A stretch of DNA of 64,000 nucleotides from an uncultured Alphaproteobacteria bacterium (GCA_963828365.1 CAWHEE010000031.1:4820-68819); one strand, 5' to 3'; numbered from the stretch's first letter, positions 30,304 to 41,384 are shown. Notes: generated by a model not told the origin, from the letters alone. Numbers and translations: made by a program.

Positions 30304-30542
30304 GTGTCCGCACCTCTTTCCTGCAGGTTCAACGGCGCTGGGAAGGCGCCGGTTTCATCGAACCGCGCGGGGTGTCCGGCCATACATCGTGGATCCAATT
30401 TTGATTTCGATCAATCGCCTCGGCCCAGACGCCGGTACTCTCTCCCGATGCGGCCCGCGCTGTCGTTCGGAAGCCGCCGTCGATAGCAGATCTGAGCGGC
30501 AAGACACGAAAGTCTCGCCTGAATTCACAGCGGATAGGTCGC

Positions 30543-30782
30543 ATGCATTATGAAATGACCGCCCGACGCGCCGATCGCTCTCTGATCGAGCGGATGATTT
30601 TTGTCATTGGGGAAGACGAGGTCGAGCACTTCGCCGATAAATTCCTGACGCGACACAGCGAGGCGGCGGATGTCCTCGTCACCGACCTCGAGGAGCGGCC
30701 GATCCTGCAACTTGGCAAGACCCGCCCACCACCTCGCGAACCCGCCGTCGCTCCGCCGAGCCTCGTCGCTCTGGGCGTCTGA
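30543..30782 (+). CDS. Small hypothetical protein
   Basis: 79-aa ORF with protein-like composition and a weak SD. Confidence 0.5.
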   Translation: MHYEMTARRADRSLIERMIFVIGEDEVEHFADKFLTRHSEAADVLVTDLEERPILQLGKTRPPPREPAVAPPSLVALGV

Positions 30783-30989
30783 TCCGCGGTAGCTAATCGA
30801 TGGCCGGCGGAAGCGCCGCTGGCCATGCACGAGAAACCGTGCAAGCGAGCCCGGCACGGAGCGCGGCGTCGGCGTGATCGCCAACTCACCGGTGCTTTCA
30901 GCAATATGACCGGTCACATCACGCCCGTTTAATTTCGCCGCCCGCGGACCTAAATTGGTGACTGCCGAAGTTTGCCGGAGTTACGGGCC

Positions 30990-31271
30990 ATGATGACGTT
31001 CGCCTTCTATATCGAGGACGACCGCTACACCGTTCCCACGCTCAAACTCGAAGCCCTGGCCGGAGAAGCCGAGGCCAGACGCCGCGCCGACGTGCTGTGG
31101 GAGCAGTCGCCGCAACACCGCGGGGTCGAGGTCTGCCTGGACGGACTGCGTCTGTTCGGCGTTGGAAGCTGCGCGGATACCGGAGTCGGCGCCTGCGCCG
31201 CGCATCGGCCGCAAGGCGTTCCGCCCACCTTGCCCAAGGCGGCCATAGAATGTTGTCGAGGTCGAGATTAG
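30990..31271 (+). CDS. Small hypothetical protein (Caulobacteraceae-type)
   Basis: GGAG SD; MMTFAFYIEDDRYTVPTL...SPQHRGVEV. Confidence 0.65.
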   Translation: MMTFAFYIEDDRYTVPTLKLEALAGEAEARRRADVLWEQSPQHRGVEVCLDGLRLFGVGSCADTGVGACAAHRPQGVPPTLPKAAIECCRGRD

Positions 31272-31343
31272 CCGATGGCCGCGGCTATCGCCATGCCAGC
31301 GGCGGCGGCGGGGCGGGTTCGCCCAGGCGGCTGGCTGCCGGCG

Positions 31344-31511
31344 CTAATCCCGCGATGCGGCGGTCAATCCGCGATACACCGCGAACGCCGTCCATGCGGT
31401 CGAAGCCAGCGCCACAAAGGCGACGCCGAGCCCCGGCTTGAATTGGCATAAGCCGAACGCGACCAATGCGATGGCCAGCGCGATGGCGACATTGACCCAA
31501 ATCGGAAACAT
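31344..31511 (-). CDS. Small two-TM membrane protein (55 aa)
   Basis: MFPIWVNVAIALAIALVAFGLCQFKPGLGVAFVALASTAWTAFAVYRGLTAASRD*; below the ORF-track cutoff. Confidence 0.6.
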   Translation of the reverse strand: MFPIWVNVAIALAIALVAFGLCQFKPGLGVAFVALASTAWTAFAVYRGLTAASRD

Positions 31512-31665
31512 CGAACGGGCTCTCGCGGATGGACGGGACTAAGCCATATCCTATCTGAAGTCCCCTATCGAGGCATCCAGGCCTCAACTTCGCCCGGAAA
31601 AAACCGAGCACCCATGGAACGTCGCGCCATCCCGGGCAGTTTGATCCGGCGAGGAGACCTGGGCC

Positions 31666-31947
31666 ATGAGCGCCACCGACCCCCCGCTGGAAATCGTTGC
31701 GACAAGTGATCCGCCGCCGAGGGTTGCGTGGATATGCCGCTTGATCCTGGCGGCGGGGGTGGGCGCCACATTGGCGGTGGTGGCTGCGGCGGTCACCCTG
31801 GCCAGCTCGCCGCCGTCAACGCAGCCGACCTCGGCCCCGGCGGCGCGGCTGAAAATCGCGTCGGCCACCTTTTCGACCGCGGCGCCGACGGCCGATGCCG
31901 GAGCGGGAAGTCACCTCCTGGCGCGGGGCGGACTGTTGCAGCGCTGA
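31666..31947 (+). CDS. Small hypothetical single-TM protein
   Basis: GAGGAG SD upstream; hydrophobic segment followed by a Pro/Ala/Thr-rich tail. Confidence 0.5.
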   Translation: MSATDPPLEIVATSDPPPRVAWICRLILAAGVGATLAVVAAAVTLASSPPSTQPTSAPAARLKIASATFSTAAPTADAGAGSHLLARGGLLQR

Positions 31948-32179
31948 CCCCTCGGCGCGAAGCCGCCCGGAAGCGCAACGCCGAATGGCCGGTGGGCGTG
32001 CGCAATAAGCGGGCGCACGCCCGTCACCGCCGCATCGGCCGGGAACAGCTTCCCTGAAGTCGCCGCCGGTGGGGGCAAGGCAGCGACCCTGCCCCTGCGT
32101 AAACCGGATCGTGCCATACTGAAAGCCCGCCGATTGTCGCACCGCGGGGCGCCACGCGTCTGGCAACCCGCGTTGTGGT

Positions 32180-32296
32180 CTAGACCCTGATGCGTTCAGA
32201 CGGAACAGATCTGAACGCTGAATCGGGGTCTAGCTTTTTGTATCTAGAGCATGATTCAGATTTTGAATGATTCCATCGAAAATCATCATGCTCTAG
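32180..32296. repeat. CIR-like intergenic repeat (twin CTAG-bounded hairpins with GANTC sites)
   Basis: CTAGACCCTGAT...ATCGGGGTCTAG and CTAGAGCATGAT...ATCATGCTCTAG; GANTC at 32220, 32253 and 32269; supplies the stop codon of the adjacent gene. Confidence 0.75.
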
Positions 32297-35200
32297 GCGA
32301 TTGCTCCCCGCCGCGAGACCAAGAGGGTCGGGCGAGAGATCCAGGTCTCGCCGGCCTGTATGTGACCAGTCGCGGCAGCGCCGAGGCCCGCCATGGCGGC
32401 GATGAAGCCCTGTGCAGATAGGGTCGACGCAGCGGCGGCGGCGTGAGTCGGGGCGGCGACGACGTTGACGCCTCCGTGGCCGTCGCTGGCGGCGGTGAAG
32501 GTCTCGCCGAAGTAGTCGCCGGTCAAGGTGATGTGCGCGGTGTGGGTCCCGTCGCTGACGGTCAGCACCCCGGACGTGCGCCGTGCCGCTGAAGCTCGCC
32601 TCGCCGGAATTGGCGAAGCCGATGTCGCGGAGGTCGAGCGAGGTCGCCGCCGGTCTTGGAGAAGCCCGATGATCGACCCGCGGTAGGATCTGCGATCGCG
32701 CCAGTTGCAGGATGCCGCGTGGTTCCGGTGAAGGCGACGTTCTGGCTGAAGGTGGAGGCGAAATCGAGCGCGCCCTTGGCGATCGTCGCCGAACCGGTCC
32801 CGCTCACCGCGCCGTCGAGAGCCAGGGTCCCGCCGATCGCCGCCAGGATGCCGCTGTTGTTCAGCGCGCTCAGCACCGCCGCTCCGCCGGCTCCGGCCGC
32901 CTCGATGGTCCCGGCGTTGGTGATGGTCGCCGTCCCCGAACTCGAGCGTCAGGCGGACCGTGCCGGTGGCGTCGATCACCCCGGCCGGCCTCGTTGACGA
33001 GGATCACGGCTGCCGCCGCCGATCGCGCCGGAGCCGGTGATCTTGTTGTCGACGTTGGTCAGGCGTCGCGCCCGCGACGCCGACGATGCCGGCGAAGGCG
33101 TTGTCGCTCAAGCGATACCTGGCCGCCGCCGGTGAGGGTCAGGCCCGCGGCGCCGACGCTCAGGTGGGCGGCATGGCTGACCGCCCGCACCAGAGATGCG
33201 CCCGGCGTTGTCGATCGTGCCCGAGGCGTTCAGCACCGTGCCGTCGCTGATCGAGACGGTGGACTGGTTGAGGATGGTCGAGGTCGTCCCGTCGAAGACG
33301 TTGGTCCCGGAGAAGGTCTGGAAGACGCCGGCCCCGGTGAGCGTGCCGCCGATCAGGCCGGCGCCGATCAGGTTGATCGCCCCGCCGGCCGCCGCCGTCA
33401 GACCGCCGCCTCGGTTGTCGATGGTGGTGGTGAGGATCTCCAGGTGCGTGCCGGCGCCCGCTTCCAGCAGGCCGCCGTTCACCAGGGTGCTGGCCGAAGG
33501 TGTCCAGCTGCATCGTGCCGCTGCGTCGCCTCGATCACCCCCTTGGCGCCGTTGACCAGCGTCAGCCTGCGCAGGCCGATCAGCCCGGCCCCGACGATGG
33601 TGTTGTCGACATTCGTCAGCACCGTCGCCGCCGAGACGCCGTAGATGCGGTCGGCGCCCTGGCCCAGCGTGATCGTCCCGCCGCCGGTGAGGCTGGCGTT
33701 CGCCGACACCACCAGCGCCGCCGGCGCCCCGCTCGGACGCCAGGGAGATCGTCCCGGCGTTGGCGGTCGCGCCCGCCAGGCTGGCGGTCGAGCCGGCCCC
33801 GACGTCGATCATCCCGCCGGCCTGGGTGCTCGAGGTGCCGCCGCTGCACCCTGGTGCTCAGCAGGCTGACGGTCGATCCGGCGCCGGCGAGGATCGTGCC
33901 GCCGGTCCCGGCGACAGTCTCGCCCTGGAGAAGCAGGCCGCCCGCGCCGGTGGCTTCGAGCGTGCCGGCGTTGGTGATCAGACCGCCAGCGCCGGCGAGG
34001 GTTCCAAAGCCGACGATCGAGCCGGCATTGGTCAGGGTAGGTCCGGCCGTGAATAGTCCCGCCGCCCAAGTCGATGGTTCCCAGGTTGGTCATGGCCACG
34101 CTCGAAGTCCAGTTGCGGCCATTCAGAACTTGCAGCGTTCCCGACGCGCCGACGGTGGCGAGCGTGGCTTCGAGCGTGCCGGCCCCCTGGATCACCGATC
34201 CGGCGCCGCTCAGGATGAGGGTGGCGTCGTCGGTGACGATTTTGGCCCCGCCGCCGAGGTTGATCGTCGAGCCGGCGTTGGCCCGATAGGCGCCGCCTGT
34301 CAGGGTCGTCCCCGAGAGGTTGGCGAGCGCGCCGGTGACCGCGAGCGTCCCGCCGTTGGCCAGCAGGGCGCCCAGGTTATCGACCGAGCCCGGCAAGCGT
34401 GCCGAAGCCGCCGACCGTTCCGGAGTTGACGAGGCCGGCGGCGGTGAACGTCCCACCGCCCAGACCAATCAAACCGGTGTTGGCCATCGTGAGACCTCGA
34501 GGTGAAGTCGCGGCCGCCGAGGATCTCCAGCGCACCCGTCTTGCCGATCGTCTTCAGCGTGGCTTCGAGCGCCGCGGTTCCCTTGATCACCGAGCCGGCG
34601 CCGTTCAGCACCAGGGTGGCATTGTCGGTGGCGATCTGGCCGCCGGCGCCGAAGCTCAGAGTGGAGTTGGCGTTCGCCTGGAAGACGCCGCCGGTGAGGG
34701 TCGTACCGGATAGGTTCGAAAGGGCGCCGCTGATCGACAGCGTCCCGCCGTTGGCCAGCATCGTGCCGCTGTTGGTGATCGCGCCGGCGGCGACCAGCCC
34801 GCCCGCGCCGGTAGCCTCGATCAGGCCGGCGTTGGTGGTGGTCGAACTGGCGTCGAGGACGAGCGCGGCGGCGGCGTTGGCGTCGATCACGCCGGCGGCC
34901 TTGTTGATCAGGGTCAGCGCATACTGGCCGATATTGCCGTAGCCGGAGAGAGTATTGTCCACGTTGGTGAGGATGGATCCGCCGCCGCTCGCGCCGACGA
35001 TGGCCGAGCCGCCCACGCCATGTTGCGAGGGAACGCCGGGAACCAGATTGATCGAGCCGGCGCCGGTCAGCGTGACGCCGGCCGAATCAACGATCAGGTT
35101 TGTCTGACTGCCGGTCTGGCGCGCGCCGGCGACGTTGATCACCCCGCTGTTGACGATGGCGCCCTTCAGCGTCGCTTCGTATTGCCCCGTGGTGTAGCCG

Positions 35201-36039
35201 CCGGTGACGTCGACGGTTGCTTTGTTGACGAGGGGCGAGGCCGAACCGTCCAGAACGGTGTTGTTGGAGCCGATATCGAAGTGGCCCGTTCCGACGCTGC
35301 TCAGCGTCCCGCCCGAGATTGTCACTTGTTCCAGATAGACGAGCGCCCCGTTGGCGGCCAGGATCGTACCGCCTCCGGATTGATCGACGTTGGCCCCGCG
35401 GCGGATGTCGAGGAACAGGTGGGCGGCGGTCGCGGTGGACTCGATCAGGCCGTTATTTGTGATGGTCTGGTTCGAGATGAACAGAGAGGAGCCCACGCCG
35501 TTGGCGTCGATTACGCCCGCCGCGCCGTTGGTGATCGGCGCGCCGATGAACCCGCCGCCGGCGATGGTGTTGTCGACATTGTTCAGGGCGCCGACGACCT
35601 GGCCGATGGAGCTGCTATAGCCGCCATTGAGGATGAGTTGCCCGCCGCCGTCGAGCGTGGTGGCCGTGGCGGCCTGAACAAGGAGCTCGCCGTTGCTGAG
35701 CTCGATCGTCCCCGTGTTGGTGAAGGTTCCCTGGCCCAGAACCAGAACGGAGTGGCCGCCCGTCGACTCTATCAGGCCGGCGTTGACGCCGATCGAAGAT
35801 CCGCTCTGAGGGAGAATCTGAAAATTGTCGTAATAGCCGATCACCAGAGAGGCGTTGGCGGCGACCTGGAGCGTGCTGATCTGCTCGAGGATGCGCGGGC
35901 TTTCCGTCACCGTGTAGGGCGCGCCCCCCAGAACGCCGAGCGTGACGTCGTCCATCTTGCCCGGAACGACCCCGCCGCTCCAGTTCGTCCCGGTGTTGAA
36001 ATCGCCGTTGACGGGGTTCAGCCAGTGGATGGCGGCCAT
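32293..36039 (-). CDS. Large beta-helix repeat protein, probably secreted (about 1240 aa, many indels)
   Basis: GAGGAGA SD; MAAIHWLNPVNGDFNTGTNWSGG; recurring LTNVDNTI.G.G.IG and N.G.IEA motifs; C-terminus homologous to the 8148-10553 protein. Confidence 0.8.
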
Positions 36040-36346
36040 GATTATGTCTCCTCGGAAATCAAATCGGGCAAATCCGCAGTGGCGATCGCCAAGCGCATGG
36101 AGGTCTCTGGGCCCGGGTCCACCAGGCGTGCTCGGAACGCCGAAAGTGATCACGCCGATGGACCAGGCGCAGGCTCGCCTCCGACAAGGGTGTCATCGCC
36201 GATTGTGGTCACGCCGACGTCGGCGACGCATCCTTCAGTTGAAGGATGCGACCAAGAAAATAACGTGAGGCGGACGCGATCGCTCGCGACGGCTCATGGC
36301 CGGCGTCGCCGCTCGGCAGCCGCCGCTGGGCTTTGCCGGACGCGCC

Positions 36347-37477
36347 TCAGCCGCGCCCGCCGGCCGCCAGGCGCGCCATCAGGCGACAGAGTTCGCTCTG
36401 GTCGCCGGCGCCGGTTTTTGCAAAGGCGCTGGCGAGTTGGGTGCGCACGGTTGCTATGCCGACGCCCGTCGCATCGGCGATCTGTCGCGGCTTGGCGCCG
36501 CGCAACAGCAGACGCGTCACCCGGGCCTCCGCGTCGGACAAGGCGAAGAGGTCGCGCATCTGGGCTTCGGACACCTCGATGACGGACGCCAGTTCGATCA
36601 CGCTGACGAGCACCGATGGCCCGTCGCCGAAGATCAACCAGTCCGCAGGCTGAAGCGGCGCCACGGTGATCGACAACGGCAAGTCGCCATCCGTGGTCGG
36701 CGTCGCCATCGATCCGCCGCGGCGGATCGCGGGGTCTGGTGAGCCCGCGGTCAGGATCAGCCCTTCGAGCATCCTGGACGCGTTGGCCGCCGCTCCCACC
36801 AGCCGCCCCCCGACGATCGCCAGGCCGCGACGCTGGTCGACGATCCGGCGCCCCGCGCGGTTCATGTGGTCTAGCCTGCCGGTGCGGTCGAGGATGAACA
36901 AGGCGTGCGCCGACTGATCGAGCGCGGCCAGGGCCGCGTCGCCGAGGCCCCGCCCGATGGTAAACACGCGGCTCAGTTTGAACGCGCGGATCAGGTGCGG
37001 ATGAATTGCCGCGGCCAACGCGCGATCCCGCTCGCTGAATGGACCACGAGACTCAGGGCGGTTGATGTTGACCGTGGCGGTTTCCACACCCTGGCGGTCC
37101 AGGTTGATCATCAGCACGCTGTGAACGTCCTGCGGCCGCATGAAATCGTTGTAGTATTCCGTCTTGATTATCTCGTCCTTGGCCAGCCAGTCGCCATCGG
37201 TTTCGATCCGGGGCGTCCAGCGGGAGAGGTGCCCGCCCGGGTCGACAAGGTTGGAAAACGGATTTAGCCGGGCGTAATAATCGAGGTATCGCCCCGGCAT
37301 GATCGGGTCGATGCGCGCAATGACACCTGATCCGCTCCCATCTTCCACGCTCAGCTGCGACAGCCACGCGCTGTTGCCGCCAAGGGCGTCGGCCATTCGC
37401 TCGAGCGCCTCGGACCACAGACCCGGGTCCGCGACCGCGCCATAGATCAAGTCGAGCAATCGATCATGGCCATCCAC
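36347..37477 (-). CDS. LuxR-type HTH regulator with GAF-like and PAS-like sensory region
   Basis: LLDLIYGAVADPGLW, EYYNDFMRP, PHLIRA, LSDAEARV...TVRTQLASAFAKTG...QSEL. Confidence 0.88.
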   Translation of the reverse strand: MDGHDRLLDLIYGAVADPGLWSEALERMADALGGNSAWLSQLSVEDGSGSGVIARIDPIMPGRYLDYYARLNPFSNLVDPGGHLSRWTPRIETDGDWLAKDEIIKTEYYNDFMRPQDVHSVLMINLDRQGVETATVNINRPESRGPFSERDRALAAAIHPHLIRAFKLSRVFTIGRGLGDAALAALDQSAHALFILDRTGRLDHMNRAGRRIVDQRRGLAIVGGRLVGAAANASRMLEGLILTAGSPDPAIRRGGSMATPTTDGDLPLSITVAPLQPADWLIFGDGPSVLVSVIELASVIEVSEAQMRDLFALSDAEARVTRLLLRGAKPRQIADATGVGIATVRTQLASAFAKTGAGDQSELCRLMARLAAGGRG

Positions 37478-37790
37478 AGGCTTGCGGCTCCTTGTCGGCG
37501 AGGTTCGGCGCTATTCGACATTGACACCGGCGGCGGCCCGCTTCCTTGAGCCGGCGCGGGACGTCGGTCCGAAGGATCAGCGTCAACGCGATAGGTCCTT
37601 GCTCAACGCGCGAGCGAATGATCCGGCGCGGACCCGGCCGGTAAAATAACCGCTGACCCGTCGCGGCCGTTTACCTCCGGGTCCAGGCGGAGGAACTTTC
37701 GGATCGATGGGCAGGAACACGACCACGATGCAGGTCAGGGCCGGCGAACGGCCATGGCCGGATATCTGGAGAGACAGATCGGCCAGCCGC

Positions 37791-38513
37791 TCAGGGGGCG
37801 CGTTGTCGGGCGACGGTGACCCGTCCCAGGGACTGGTCGATGCGGCGGCGGGTGATTTCGTAGCATTCGCAAGACCGCTGCCGCAGCGCCTCGCGGTCGA
37901 GAATCTCGACCTTTCCCCGCATAACCCGAATGATCGCATGGTGCTGCAGCCCGGCGGCGGCGGCGGCGACGCTGGTTCGCTGCACCCCCAGCATGGCGGC
38001 GATGAATTCCTGGCGCAGGGGAAGTCTGTTTTCGGCGACGTAGTCGGCGCAGGTCAGCAGCCAGCGGCACAGCCGGGCTTCCACCTTGTGGCGTGCATTG
38101 CACGCGGAACACTGGGCCATGAACCCCCACACGGTGCGAATATGGCGATGAATTACGGTGGCCAGGGAGATGCTCTGGCTGTACGCGCCGCGCAGCGCGC
38201 GCGCGCTCATCACCGCGCCCTCGCCAGGAATCTGGATGATGTCGCGGGTATATGAGCGGCACGGTTCCTGCGCCGCCATCAGGCCAAAGCCGGTTTCATT
38301 GCCCATGGTGCAACATTCCACCTGTGAGCCGTCATGCAGCACATTGAGCATCGAGACCACGCCTTGGAATGGAAAATGGATCTCGGCGATTTCCTCATCC
38401 GCGTCGATGAGAATTTTTCCGGTGGGCAGGTCCACCAGTTTGAGGTGCGGTTCGATCAGGGAGAAATCAGAAGGGCTCAATCCGGCCAGCAGTCCGTTTT
38501 GAGACGTCGCCAT
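37791..38513 (-). CDS. Crp/Fnr-family transcriptional regulator (paralogue 1)
   Basis: NGLLAGL, ACNARHKVEARLCRWLL, QEFIAAMLGVQRTSV helix-turn-helix, SCECY. Confidence 0.93.
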   Translation of the reverse strand: MATSQNGLLAGLSPSDFSLIEPHLKLVDLPTGKILIDADEEIAEIHFPFQGVVSMLNVLHDGSQVECCTMGNETGFGLMAAQEPCRSYTRDIIQIPGEGAVMSARALRGAYSQSISLATVIHRHIRTVWGFMAQCSACNARHKVEARLCRWLLTCADYVAENRLPLRQEFIAAMLGVQRTSVAAAAAGLQHHAIIRVMRGKVEILDREALRQRSCECYEITRRRIDQSLGRVTVARQRAP

Positions 38514-38594
38514 TCATCCCCCTCGGACGGGCCGTTCGAGAACGCCGGCAACCGATCCAAAAGCTGGTGCCTATACCCTCACCACGCCATGGTA

Positions 38595-38610
38595 TGCCGG
38601 ATACCCGACA
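38595..38610. promoter_or_regulatory. Putative Crp-family operator (TGTCGG-N4-CCGACA type), site 1
   Basis: TGCCGG-ATAC-CCGACA; near edge 82 nt from the paralogue 1 start. Confidence 0.6.
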
Positions 38611-38812
38611 TTGCTGTTAGGCAAAAATATTCCGACCACGGCCGTTGGGGCGTAGAGCCAGCGAATTGGTCGCAATCACGGCAGAACCGTAATGGGCGCG
38701 CCTTGCGGGCCAGCGCATGTCACCGACCGCCGGGCCGGCCGGATCATGGAAGTCTGAACCGCCGCGTCAGATCAGCGGCAAGCATCATGCTGGCCACCAG
38801 CAAATGCGTGGC

Positions 38813-39874
38813 TCAGACCGCCTCCGACAGGTCCGCCTGAATGTCGCCGTCCGCCCGAACTTGCACGATCCGGACCTCCGTGCCGGGATGGGCGTCGACC
38901 ACGGCCACACGGGCGCCGAGCTGCGAGGCCAGGGCGGCGACGATGCTGCTGCCGAGGCCCGACTTCACGGCTCCCGGCCCGATGGGCATGCCCACCCCGT
39001 CGTCGCCGACGCTCAGAGTCCAGCCCGAGGCGGCGCGGCGATAGCCCACCCTGATCCGCCCGGGCCGCCCGCCCGGAAAGGCGTGCTTGAGCGCATTGAT
39101 CACCAATTCGGTGACGATGAGCCCCAGGCTGACCGACACCTCGGCATCGGCGGAGGCATCCTCGGCGTCGACCGCCAACGAAATCTGCTCGCGGTCGGCG
39201 ATCATCGAGGCGGCGATACTGCCGCAGAGTTCCGTCAGATAGGGGGCCAGTCTGACTTCGCCGACGGTGCTGACCGCAAGCTGCTTCTGAAGCGTAGCGA
39301 CCGACATGACACGGTTGTGGGCGTCGTAGAGGTGGCGGCGCGTCTCGTCGGAATTGACCCGCCGGGCGGTGAGCATCAGCACGCTGGCGATGATCTGCAG
39401 GCTGTTGGCGATTCGGTGCTGCAGTTCCTGCATCAGAATGGCCTTGTCGCGCAGCAGGTCGTCCATCACCTTATCCGCCAGGCGCGCTTCGGTGACGTCG
39501 GTGATGGTGAGCAGCACGCGACTGTCGGCGCCGGCGCCGTAACTGAGCTTCTGAGCATTGAGGACCAGCCGGCGATCGGCCCGGCCCGGCCTGACGAGAT
39601 CCATCTCATAGGCCGGAATGTCGGCGTTGCCGGTCGCGGTGGCCCTCAGCAACGACGCCAGTTGCGGGGCGCTCCATGGACCTCGGGTGAACGGCTCCCC
39701 CAGGCGCGCGTCGGGAAAGGCGGGATCGTCCTCGAAGGCGCGCCGGTAGGAGGTGCTGGCCGCCATCATCCGCAGCTCGCCATCCAGGAGCAGGACGGGG
39801 GCGTTGGAGGACAATACCAGGGCTTCCGCCAGATTTTGGATGACCTCGGCAGCGGCCCGCGCGGGGATCGTCAT
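38813..39874 (-). CDS. PAS plus HisKA_2-type sensor histidine kinase
   Basis: ELQHRIANSLQIIAS, ELVINALKHAF, DDGVG, GLGSSIV. Confidence 0.9.
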   Translation of the reverse strand: MTIPARAAAEVIQNLAEALVLSSNAPVLLLDGELRMMAASTSYRRAFEDDPAFPDARLGEPFTRGPWSAPQLASLLRATATGNADIPAYEMDLVRPGRADRRLVLNAQKLSYGAGADSRVLLTITDVTEARLADKVMDDLLRDKAILMQELQHRIANSLQIIASVLMLTARRVNSDETRRHLYDAHNRVMSVATLQKQLAVSTVGEVRLAPYLTELCGSIAASMIADREQISLAVDAEDASADAEVSVSLGLIVTELVINALKHAFPGGRPGRIRVGYRRAASGWTLSVGDDGVGMPIGPGAVKSGLGSSIVAALASQLGARVAVVDAHPGTEVRIVQVRADGDIQADLSEAV

Positions 39875-40215
39875 CGCCTTACTTTCAGCCGACCGGAGAA
39901 CAGCGAAATGCCGTTCCATTCCAGTGGCGACACAGGTCCGACGCCGCAGTCGTGGCCTCGCTCGCCGACGTGGATCTGTTCGTAGCATCAACCGGGGAAA
40001 TTCGAGCCGAAATAATTCCGCGGCGACTCCGCCGACCGACCGCCCCGCGACGGCGCGGAGCGTTTCAAGGAAGTGGACGCTCGCCGATCGATCTGATCCT
40101 CGGGGACAAGACGAAGGCACCGGTCTTGGCCGCCTCCTCCCTGCAACGCGCAGGCGCCCCCGGGCCCGGCCCCGGCGAGCGCCGGGCCGGCCCGGTTTAC
40201 CGGTGTTCGCCGGTG

Positions 40216-40527
40216 CTAGGGTTGCGGCGGCGAGGTGGCGAACGCGTGCCACGCGCCGTCCTTGTCGTACCAGCCATTGTCATCGGTCGGGTCCGGCAAC
40301 TCACGCCATTGCGCATCGTGATCGTGCTGCGCCCACCAGCTCTCGTCCCGATAGATGACATGAACATCCGCGGGGTAGCTGGTCACATGTTCCTTCACCT
40401 TCCAGCATTCGTTCCACTGGTTGCAGACGACATAGGACTTAGTCGCCGCCGTCGCCGAGCTGGAAATCGCCGCCGCTCCTGCCGTTGCCGCAAGGACAAC
40501 CATCGCCGATTTGAATAAATTCTTCAT
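40216..40527 (-). CDS. Small secreted Trp-rich hypothetical protein
   Basis: Signal peptide MKNLFKSAMVVLAATAGAAAISSSATA; VCNQWNECW; GWYDKDGAWH. Confidence 0.8.
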   Translation of the reverse strand: MKNLFKSAMVVLAATAGAAAISSSATAATKSYVVCNQWNECWKVKEHVTSYPADVHVIYRDESWWAQHDHDAQWRELPDPTDDNGWYDKDGAWHAFATSPPQP

Positions 40528-40565
40528 ATTATGACTTTCTTTGGATTTATCGTTCGCCAACGGAC

Positions 40566-40590
40566 AACCTGCCAGGTCGGACATGGTTCC
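40566..40590 (-). promoter_or_regulatory. Putative sigmaT/EcfG promoter
   Basis: GGAAC-N16-GGTT, about 40 nt upstream of the start at 40527. Confidence 0.55.
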
Positions 40591-40762
40591 AAGGGAGACC
40601 ATCCGCCTGCGAGGTCACTTCAGAATTCGGCCTGGCGACACCGCCGCTCACCGCTAGCCGGCGCCGGTGGCGAAATCCGCGCCAAATTCATGGGATCCAG
40701 GCGGGTCATTCCCCCCCAAGCGGCGGGACAGGCCCGATGGGACGCGCCGATTTGGCCGCGCG

Positions 40763-41137
40763 CTAATGGCCGGCCGCGGCCAGCTCGAGCTCATGGACCA
40801 GGCGCGCGACCACCCGGTCGGAAATCATCGGCTTGGGGCAGACCGGCGGATCGCCCCACCGCTCGAGGACTTCATCCGGTATCGGCGAGGCGGTGTGAAA
40901 GACGATCACCACCCGCTTCTCGAACAGCCTGTGCGCCAGCTCGGTCACCGCGTCGTCGGCCAGCCGCACGTCGAGAATCGCCGCATGCAGATCGCGGGGC
41001 AGACCGTTTTCGATGGCGTCGAGCAGGCTGGCGAACGGTCCGACCACCACCCCTTCGGCCGCCTCCACGGCCCATTTCAGGTCCATGGCCGTGAACGGCT
41101 CGTCTTCGGCGATCAAGACGCATCTCGCTTTGAGCAT
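40763..41137 (-). CDS. Single-domain response regulator
   Basis: VLIAEDE, AILDVRL, HTA, PKP. Confidence 0.88.
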   Translation of the reverse strand: MLKARCVLIAEDEPFTAMDLKWAVEAAEGVVVGPFASLLDAIENGLPRDLHAAILDVRLADDAVTELAHRLFEKRVVIVFHTASPIPDEVLERWGDPPVCPKPMISDRVVARLVHELELAAAGH

Positions 41138-41384
41138 AATAAAAACAATCGGTTGGCCGGCGCCCTCGCCAAGGCCCAATCCACCCGGGCGTGTTTGGTT
41201 CCGCCGATCGATAGTCCACGGATGCACTTTAAGAAAATCGGCAAGTTTTATCGCCGTTAGCGAGACGCTATATTCAGGATAATCGCAATTTAACCCAGTA
41301 TTTCAAATTAAACGTGGAGAGGAGCGCAATCGGCGGGTGGACCCGCGCGCCGGCCAGGCGAGCCCCGGCGGGACGTGGGATGGA

